Shown here: positions 55,482 through 64,000 of the stretch, piece by piece
Position numbering within the stretch: the first letter of the stretch is position 1
Layout of the letters: each line of letters begins with the position of its first letter
Source: Pandoraea pnomenusa
GTDB lineage: Bacteria > Pseudomonadota > Gammaproteobacteria > Burkholderiales > Burkholderiaceae
DNA length: 64,000 bases
Assembly: GCF_040391475.1 (NCBI RefSeq)
Contig: NZ_JBEBXS010000018.1
Span: 7,591-71,590, forward strand
Direction of reading: 5' to 3'
Program-made: the position numbers and the translations under genes
The notes under the pieces: model-generated
The model's database searches: none
The model's input: only the letters and a program-made list of their open reading frames with translations
Told to the model about the DNA's origin: nothing

Positions 55482-55838
55482 TCAGTCGGCGTGTTCGCCG
55501 CGCGTGCCGCGCTGGGCCTTTTCGACCAGCCCCGACAGCCCTTCGCGGCGCGCCAGTTCGGCGAGCACTTCGCCCGGGCTCAGGTCGTGGTGCGCGAGCA
55601 GGACCATGCAGTGAAACCACAGGTCCGCCGTCTCATTGACGAGCTTCTGTCGCAGATCGCCGGCCCCGCCAATGCGGATGTCCTTCGCCGCGAGCACCAC
55701 TTCGGTGGCTTCTTCGCCGATCTTCTTGCAGATCGCGTCGTCGCCCTTGTGAAACAGGCGGGCGACGTATGATTTGTCGGGATCGCCACCCTTGCGCGAG
55801 GCGATCACTTCGGCAACACGCTCGAGCGTATCGTTCAT
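55482..55838 (-). CDS. hisE: Phosphoribosyl-ATP pyrophosphatase
   Basis: Start trimmed to the ATG at 55838. [41 protein letters not shown]. Confidence 0.9.
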   Translation of the reverse strand: MNDTLERVAEVIASRKGGDPDKSYVARLFHKGDDAICKKIGEEATEVVLAAKDIRIGGAGDLRQKLVNETADLWFHCMVLLAHHDLSPGEVLAELARREGLSGLVEKAQRGTRGEHAD

Positions 55839-55843
55839 GGGGC

Positions 55844-56242
55844 TCACTTGTAGATCTTGTGCGGGTCCTTGAGCACCGGCTCGACGGTGGCCCAGCGGCC
55901 ATCCCCGACGTTGCCCTCGAACTTCTGGAAGAAACAGGAATGGCGACCGGTGTGGCAGGCAATGCCGTCGATCTGCTCGACCTTGAGCAGCACCACGTCT
56001 TCGTCGCAATCCAGACGGATCTCGTGCACCTTCTGCACGTGCCCCGACTCTTCGCCCTTGTGCCACAGGCGTTTGCGCGAACGCGAGTAATAGACGGCCT
56101 CGCCGGTCTCGACCGTGCGCGCAAGCGCCTCACGGTTCATCCAGGCGAACATCAGCACGTCGTTGCTGCCGACTTCCTGCGCGATCACGGGCACGAGGCC
56201 CTGCGCGTCCCAACTTACCTTGTCCAGCCAGTCTTGCGTCAT
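55844..56242 (-). CDS. hisI: Phosphoribosyl-AMP cyclohydrolase
   Basis: Start trimmed to the ATG at 56242. [53 protein letters not shown]. Confidence 0.9.
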   Translation of the reverse strand: MTQDWLDKVSWDAQGLVPVIAQEVGSNDVLMFAWMNREALARTVETGEAVYYSRSRKRLWHKGEESGHVQKVHEIRLDCDEDVVLLKVEQIDGIACHTGRHSCFFQKFEGNVGDGRWATVEPVLKDPHKIYK

Positions 56243-56256
56243 GATCCGAATTCCGT

Positions 56257-57030
<774 letters not shown>

Positions 57031-57068
57031 GATGTTGGCACGCGAGACGGCGGTTGCCGCAGTCTCGC

Positions 57069-57818
57069 TTATGCCGCTCCTTCGGAAAGCTCGTCGGCGC
57101 GCGTTTGCGCCGCCGCGAAATTCAGGTCGCCCGAGTAGATCGCGCGACCGCAGATGACGCCTTCGACGCCCTCGTTCTCGACCTTGCACAGCGCGTCGAT
57201 GTCGCCCAGGTTCGACAAACCGCCGCTGGCGATCACCGGCACCGTCACGGCCTGCGCCAGGCGCACGGTCGCTTCGATGTTGATGCCCTGCAGCATGCCG
57301 TCGCGGCCGATATCCGTGTAGATGATCGACTCCACGCCGTAATCCTCGAACTTGCGCGCCAGATCCACGACTTCGTGGCCGGTGAGCTTGCTCCAGCCAT
57401 CGGTGGCAACCTTGCCGTCCTTGGCGTCGAGGCCGACGATGATGTGGCCGCCGAAGGCGCTGCACGCGTCGCGCAGGAAACCCGGATCCTTCACCGCCGC
57501 CGTACCGATGATGACGTACGACAGACCGTCGTCGAGATAGCGCTCGATGGTGTTCAGGTCACGAATGCCGCCGCCCAGTTGCACGGGGATGTCAGCGCCC
57601 ACTTCCTGAATGATGGCGCGGATAGCCGCTTCGTTGCGCGGCTTGCCAGCAAATGCGCCGTTCAGGTCCACCAGATGGAGTCGGCGCGCGCCTTGCTCGA
57701 CCCAATGTCGGGCCATGGCGGCGGGCTCCTCCGAGAATACGGTGGCTTGATCCATGTCGCCTTGTTTAAGGCGAACACATTGACCGTCTTTGAGGTCGAT
57801 GGCCGGGATGAGCAGCAT
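57069..57818 (-). CDS. hisA: 1-(5-phosphoribosyl)-5-[(5-phosphoribosylamino)methylideneamino]imidazole-4-carboxamide isomerase
   Basis: I chose the ATG at 57818 ([22 protein letters not shown]); the track starts two codons earlier at a TTG. Confidence 0.95.
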   Translation of the reverse strand: MLLIPAIDLKDGQCVRLKQGDMDQATVFSEEPAAMARHWVEQGARRLHLVDLNGAFAGKPRNEAAIRAIIQEVGADIPVQLGGGIRDLNTIERYLDDGLSYVIIGTAAVKDPGFLRDACSAFGGHIIVGLDAKDGKVATDGWSKLTGHEVVDLARKFEDYGVESIIYTDIGRDGMLQGINIEATVRLAQAVTVPVIASGGLSNLGDIDALCKVENEGVEGVICGRAIYSGDLNFAAAQTRADELSEGAA

Positions 57819-58020
57819 AGGCAATCGTGAAACGTCGCTAGTGGGAAGTAAAAGAAAGTCGCGAATTACGCGGACAACACAAAACCGATCCCCGCCTTGC
57901 CGGGCAACGGCACATCGGAATCGGTTTCATCAACATGACACACAGTATAAGCGGTGAGAGCGTACACGCTCTGAAAGGCACGAGGGCTCGCAGCGCACAG
58001 GCGCGCCACCCCCGTCACGA

Positions 58021-58659
58021 TCAGGGCTTCCACTGGGCAAAATTGCGATACAGGGCCAGACCGGCCTGCGCGCTCTTCTCCGGGTGGAACTGAGTGGCGA
58101 AGATATTATCTTGGGCCACTGCACAGGTAAAGGGCACACCATAGACCGTTTCACCGGCGGTCAGTTCGGGCTTCGCAGGCACCACATAGTAGCTGTGCAC
58201 GAAGTAGAAATAGCTGTCGTCGGGCACGCCGGCCCAGATCGGGTGGTCCTGCGTCTGACGCACGCGGTTCCAGCCCATTTGCGGGATCTTGAAACGCGAG
58301 CCGTCATCTTGCAGGCGACCTTCGAGGTCGAAGCGCACCACGCGGCCCGGCATCAGGCCCAGCGCGGGCGTGTTGCCTTCGTCCGACATGTCGAACAGCA
58401 TCTGCTCGCCCACGCACACGCCGAACATCGGCTTGGTGGCGGCGGCCTCGACGACCGCCTCACGCAGACCCGACTCGTTCAGGCAGCCCATGCAGTCGCG
58501 CATCGCGCCTTGCCCGGGGAGCACCACGCGGTCGGCGGCGCGAATCTCGGCGGCGTCGCTGCTGATGCTCACGTCGGCCTCGGGCGCCGCTGCACGCAAC
58601 GCCTGGTAGACCGAGCGCAGGTTGCCCATTCCGTAGTCGACAATCGCAATCTTATTCAT
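58021..58659 (-). CDS. hisH: Imidazole glycerol phosphate synthase glutamine amidotransferase subunit
   Basis: [17 protein letters not shown].., catalytic [15 protein letters not shown]. Confidence 0.95.
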   Translation of the reverse strand: MNKIAIVDYGMGNLRSVYQALRAAAPEADVSISSDAAEIRAADRVVLPGQGAMRDCMGCLNESGLREAVVEAAATKPMFGVCVGEQMLFDMSDEGNTPALGLMPGRVVRFDLEGRLQDDGSRFKIPQMGWNRVRQTQDHPIWAGVPDDSYFYFVHSYYVVPAKPELTAGETVYGVPFTCAVAQDNIFATQFHPEKSAQAGLALYRNFAQWKP

Positions 58660-59282
58660 CTCAAACCCGGCAGCAGAATTTTTAAACCATCCACAATGAA
58701 TTCAACGGCCAGCGCCGAGAGGATCAACCCCATGATGCGCGTGCCGATGTTGATACCCGTGCGGCCAAGCCAGCCTTCGATGCGCGAGGCGCTGCGAAGC
58801 GCCACCCAGCATACCGCGCCGACGCCGGCACCGATCGCCACGAGCGCCAGCATCTGCGCCCAGCCGTGGGCACGGCCGGAGTAGATGATCACGGTACTGA
58901 TCGTGCCCGGTCCGGTCAGCAGCGGAATCGCCAGCGGGACCACGGCGATATTCGGCCGCTCCTCCGCCTCGTGACGCTCTTCGGCTGTCGCGCGCGTGTT
59001 CCCGGTCTGGGCGTTGATCATGTTCACCGCCATAAGCAGCATGATGACCCCGCCCCCGACTTCCAGCGACGCGATCGAAATGCCGAAAAAGCGGATGATC
59101 GCCTCGCCGAACAGGCCCGAGCCCGCCACCACCAACGCCACGGCAATCGCCGCCACCTTGATCGTATGACGCTTCTCTTCGCGCGTCTGCGACTGCGTCA
59201 GGCTGATGAACAGCGGGATCGCCCCCAGCGGGTTGATCAGGGCCAGCAGCGAGATGAAAAACTTGAAGACGTCGGGTGTCAT
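58656..59282 (-). CDS. MarC family integral membrane protein inserted in the his operon
   Basis: I chose the ATG at 59282. [21 protein letters not shown].. and the multi-TM profile are typical of the MarC/UPF0056 family. Its stop codon overlaps the hisH start. Confidence 0.85.
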   Translation of the reverse strand: MTPDVFKFFISLLALINPLGAIPLFISLTQSQTREEKRHTIKVAAIAVALVVAGSGLFGEAIIRFFGISIASLEVGGGVIMLLMAVNMINAQTGNTRATAEERHEAEERPNIAVVPLAIPLLTGPGTISTVIIYSGRAHGWAQMLALVAIGAGVGAVCWVALRSASRIEGWLGRTGINIGTRIMGLILSALAVEFIVDGLKILLPGLR

Positions 59283-59394
59283 AGGGGCACGCGGCGCCGG
59301 CATCCGGCCGGGCGATGATGCTTCGCAGGAGCGCCGGCACGCGTCGCCGGCGGGCTATCCGGCCGGCGTCTGGCGCCAGCCGGCCAGTCTCACG

Positions 59395-59982
59395 TTACAG
59401 GCTTCCCTTGGTCGACGGCACGACACCCGCGGCACGCGGGTCGATCTCGACCGCCATGCGCAGCGCGCGACCAAACGCCTTGAACACCGTTTCGCACTGG
59501 TGGTGGGCGTTGATGCCGCGCAGGTTGTCGATATGCAGCGTGACACCGGCGTGGTTCACGAAACCGCGGAAAAATTCGATGGTCAGGTCAACGTCGAAGT
59601 TGCCTACCCGTGCGCGCGTGAACGGCACGTGGAATTCGAGACCGGGACGGCCCGAGAAGTCGATCACCACGCGCGAGAGCGCTTCGTCGAGCGGCACGTA
59701 GCTGTGGCCGTAGCGCACGATGCCCTTCCGGTCGCCGATGGCCTTGGCCACGGCCATGCCCAGCGTGATGCCGACGTCTTCCACCGTGTGGTGATCGTCA
59801 ATGAAGGTATCGCCCTTGGCTTCGACTTCCATGTCGATGAGGCCGTGGCGCGCGATCTGGTCGAGCATGTGGTCCAGAAACGGCACGCCGGTATCGAGCG
59901 TCTTCCGGCCGGTGCCGTCCAGATCGATCTTGACGCGTATTTGCGTTTCGCTGGTATCGCGAACGACTTCCGCAATGCGCAT
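59395..59982 (-). CDS. hisB: Imidazoleglycerol-phosphate dehydratase
   Basis: Start trimmed to the ATG at 59982. [45 protein letters not shown]. Confidence 0.95.
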   Translation of the reverse strand: MRIAEVVRDTSETQIRVKIDLDGTGRKTLDTGVPFLDHMLDQIARHGLIDMEVEAKGDTFIDDHHTVEDVGITLGMAVAKAIGDRKGIVRYGHSYVPLDEALSRVVIDFSGRPGLEFHVPFTRARVGNFDVDLTIEFFRGFVNHAGVTLHIDNLRGINAHHQCETVFKAFGRALRMAVEIDPRAAGVVPSTKGSL

Positions 59983-60010
59983 GATGGTGAGTTCTCGTCG
60001 TATAGCTTTG

Positions 60011-61075
60011 TTAGAGCGATTCGGCCAGGGCTTGGACCATGGCCGCATTCTCCGTGGGGGTGCCGACCGTCAATCTGAGGCAATTGGCCAGCAATACGTG
60101 CATTTTACCCACGTTTTTGATCAACACCTTGTGTGCCAGCAGGCCGGCGTGGGTTTTGTCGGCATCCGGCACACGGACCAGCACGAAATTGGCCCGGCTC
60201 GGGAAGACGGTCACCCCCGGCAGCGCCGCCACGGCAGTCGCCAGACGCTCGCGCTCGGCGCGCAATTCGGCCGCCTGCGCGTCGAGCACGTCGAGGTGAT
60301 CGAGCATGAATTCGGCGCACGCCTGCGTGAGCACATTCACGTTGTAGGGCGGACGCACCTTGTCGAGCTGGTCCAGCCATTGCGCGCCGCCCGCCACGTA
60401 ACCGAGTCGGATACCTGCCAGGCCGAGCTTGGAGACGGTGCGCATGACCAGCAGATTCGGGAACTCGGCCAGACGCGGCATCCACGTCTGGCCGGCAAAC
60501 GGCTGGTACGCCTCGTCGATCACCACGAGCCCGCGACCGGCCGTACGCACGAGCGTTTCGATCTCGTCGTCGGCGAAGAGGTTGCCGGTCGGGTTGTTCG
60601 GATAGGCCAGATACACGACCGCCCCCGGATGCGCCGCAATCGCGTTGAGCATGGCCGGCATGTCGAGCGAAAAGTCGGCGCGCAGCGGCACGCCCACGAA
60701 TTCGACACCCGCGAAGCGCGACGACATCTCGTACATGACGAAACCCGGCATCGGGGCAATGACCGCCGCGCCAGGACGCGCCGTGGCCATGGCGATCATG
60801 CTGATGATCTCGTCCGAGCCGTTGCCCAGCAACAGCTTCGCCCCGGCCGGCACGCCCATGGTCCGGGCCAGCTTTTCGAGCAACGCCTTCGGTTGCGGCG
60901 CCGGATACCGGTTCAGCGCCACGTCGGCCAGACGCTGGCCCAGCGCGGTGCGCAGGGCGTCGGGCAGGCCGTACGGGTTCTCCATGGCGTCGAGCTTCAG
61001 AAAGCCGCTCGCGTCAGGCACCGGATAAGAGTTCATGGCGAGCACATCGGGGCGGATCACTTGATCGACGGACAT
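60011..61075 (-). CDS. hisC: Histidinol-phosphate aminotransferase
   Basis: Class II aminotransferase; PLP-Lys context [15 protein letters not shown]. Position in the his operon supports the call. Confidence 0.9.
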   Translation of the reverse strand: MSVDQVIRPDVLAMNSYPVPDASGFLKLDAMENPYGLPDALRTALGQRLADVALNRYPAPQPKALLEKLARTMGVPAGAKLLLGNGSDEIISMIAMATARPGAAVIAPMPGFVMYEMSSRFAGVEFVGVPLRADFSLDMPAMLNAIAAHPGAVVYLAYPNNPTGNLFADDEIETLVRTAGRGLVVIDEAYQPFAGQTWMPRLAEFPNLLVMRTVSKLGLAGIRLGYVAGGAQWLDQLDKVRPPYNVNVLTQACAEFMLDHLDVLDAQAAELRAERERLATAVAALPGVTVFPSRANFVLVRVPDADKTHAGLLAHKVLIKNVGKMHVLLANCLRLTVGTPTENAAMVQALAESL

Positions 61076-61130
61076 GGTGTAGGTGGCGATGAAAAGGTGC
61101 GAGGCGTTTGAATGGAGCGAAGGGGTTGAA

Positions 61131-61613
61131 TCAGTTGAAAGCGAACGTCAGCCGCCCGGCATCGGCACCGTCGATCTTGACGGTACACCGGCGACCGGTT
61201 TCCACGCTGCCGAGGGCGTCGGTAATGCGCTGCAAGCGCACCCCCGTCTGCCAGGACAGCGCCTGCGCCACGGCCGGACTCACGCGAGCGGGCGATGCAT
61301 TCGCCTCGCAGCGCATGGCGACCAGCCGGTTACCCACGCGTCCGAAGACCCCGTGACCGACTTCCTCGTCGGTACCGCGCAGGGCGGTTTTGCCATCGAG
61401 GCGCAGCACGTAGACGTCGTTATCGAAGGCCTGACGCCGCACGCACACCGTCATGCGCTCGACGGACGCGCCTTCGAACGTGGCGTGCTGACAATAGCTG
61501 CCGCCCGCATACGCGGCGGTGCTGGCCGTCCCCACAAAGGCGAACAGCGCGACAGCACGCAGCGCAGCCCGCACGAAGCGAGCTGGCAAACGACAGAAGG
61601 GGAAAGCAGACAT
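61131..61613 (-). CDS. Hypothetical exported protein between hisD and hisC
   Basis: Start trimmed to the ATG at 61613 ([38 protein letters not shown], signal-peptide-like). No recognised motif. Confidence 0.6.
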   Translation of the reverse strand: MSAFPFCRLPARFVRAALRAVALFAFVGTASTAAYAGGSYCQHATFEGASVERMTVCVRRQAFDNDVYVLRLDGKTALRGTDEEVGHGVFGRVGNRLVAMRCEANASPARVSPAVAQALSWQTGVRLQRITDALGSVETGRRCTVKIDGADAGRLTFAFN

Positions 61614-61686
61614 TGCGCGGGTCCGACGCCGGGCGGTGGCCGACGTCGTGGGACAGTACGCGGGCCGCAGGGCGTCGTCGCGCATG

Positions 61687-63005
61687 TCAGGACTCGTGAT
61701 GCAGACGGTATTCGGCGCTGCGCGCGTGCGCTTGCAGGCCTTCGCCGTACGCCAGTTCGGCAGCGATTTCGCCAAGCATGCGGGCACCGCCCTCGCTCAC
61801 TTCGATCAGGCTGGAGCGCTTGATGAAGTCGTACACGCCCAGCGGCGACGAGAAGCGCGCGGTGCGCGACGTCGGCAGCACGTGATTCGGCCCCGCGCAG
61901 TAGTCGCCCAGGCTCTCGCTCGTGAACTTGCCAAGGAAGATCGCCCCGGCGTGGCGAATCTTGTCGCCCCACTGCTGCGGCGTTTCAGCCGAGATTTCGA
62001 GGTGCTCCGGCGCGATCACGTTGGCGATTTCGCAAGCCTCGGCCATGTCGCGCACCTTGACCAGTGCGCCACGGCCTTGCAGCGACGCGGCGATCACGTC
62101 GCGACGCGGCATGTCTTCGATCTGGCGCTCCATCGACGCGTGCACGCGGGCGATGTACTCATCATCCGGGCACAGCAGGATCGACTGCGCGAGTTCGTCG
62201 TGTTCGGCCTGCGAGAACAGGTCCATCGCGACCCAGTCGGGATCGGTCGTGCCGTCGCAGATCACGAGGATTTCGGACGGCCCGGCAATCATGTCGATAC
62301 CGACGGTACCGAACACGCGACGCTTGGCCGCCGCCACGAAGGCGTTGCCCGGACCGACGATCTTGTCGACGGCCGGCACGGTCTCGGTGCCGTAGGCCAA
62401 TGCGCCCACTGCTTGCGCACCACCGATGGTAAACACGCGGTCGACACCGGCGATATGCGCGGCGGCGAGCACCAGCGGGTTCTGCACGCCGTCGGGCGTG
62501 GGCACCACCATGATGATCTCTTTCACCCCGGCCACACGCGCCGGAATGGCGTTCATGAGCACCGACGACGGGTACGCGGCCTTGCCACCCGGCACGTAAA
62601 TACCCACGCGATCGAGCGGCGTGACCTTCTGGCCCAGCACCGTGCCGTCCGACTCGGTGTATTGCCAGCTGTGGGTCCCGCACTCGATGCGTTGCTTCTC
62701 GTGGTACGCCCGCACACGTGCCGCCGCGGCTTCGAGTGCGGCACGGCGCTTCGGCTCCAGACCTTCGAGCGCTGCGGCCAGCGCTTCGGCGGGCAGCTCC
62801 AGCGCCGCCATATCGGGCGCGCTCAGACGGTCGAACTTGTTCGTATATTCGATGACGGCCGCATCGCCGCGCGTCTTCACGTCGGCAAGAATTTCGGCGG
62901 CCGCACGGTCGATGGCGGCGTCTTCACTCGCCTCGAATGCCAGCACTTCGCGCAGTTGCGTCGCGAAGCCTTCGGCACCGGAGTCGAGTTTGCGAATATC
63001 GAGTT

Positions 63006-63009
<4 letters not shown>
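61687..63009 (-). CDS. hisD: Histidinol dehydrogenase
   Basis: ..[12 protein letters not shown].., QAEHDELAQ.., [21 protein letters not shown]... Confidence 0.95.

Positions 63010-64000
<991 letters not shown>

Noticed and set aside
57930-58154. 74-aa minus-strand ORF overlapping the 3' end of hisH
   Set aside because: It is out of frame with hisH over most of its length and the sequence is Arg/Pro/Ser-rich. It has no RBS or motif.

Overview
High-GC, gene-dense chromosomal segment of Burkholderia type (Betaproteobacteria). It falls into five blocks.

(1) 1-13.6 kb: the tail of an Fe-alcohol-dehydrogenase gene, a 1.1-kb non-coding tract, and two large type Va autotransporter genes. Next to them is a BvgAS-like phosphorelay split over three genes: a BvgA-like LuxR regulator and a free-standing HPt protein, divergent from a hybrid kinase with two periplasmic solute-binding domains.

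(2) 13.7-19.3 kb: a TetR-associated set of SDR, class II aldolase, MFS transporter and acyl-CoA synthetase genes, with clear palindromic operators.

(3) 19.4-42.7 kb: the most unusual part, a ~23-kb catabolic supercluster bracketed by two IclR regulators. It contains a 13-gene translationally coupled operon that interleaves a Dpp/Opp-type ABC importer with a CoA ligase, ACAD, thiolase, split MaoC hydratase, SDR and a probable two-component flavin monooxygenase. It also has a KstD/fumarate-reductase-like flavoprotein, a second solute-binding protein, and a three-gene biotin-dependent acyl-CoA carboxylase with a 73-aa mini-BCCP plus a crotonase. I cannot assign it to any named pathway.

(4) 42.7-45.3 kb: a visibly lower-GC insert of three exported proteins of unknown function, abutting tRNA-Thr(UGU).

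(5) 45.4-64 kb: conserved housekeeping genes: sspB-sspA, petCBA, mscL, nif3, a degS-like protease, tatCBA, a HIT protein, hisE-I-F-A-H, marC, hisB-C, an orf, hisD-G and murA.

I saw no CRISPR array, integrase, transposase, or recognisable phage-defence or toxin-antitoxin genes. All functional calls come from reading motifs by eye in the supplied translations and DNA. No database search, HMM scan or composition calculation was run.
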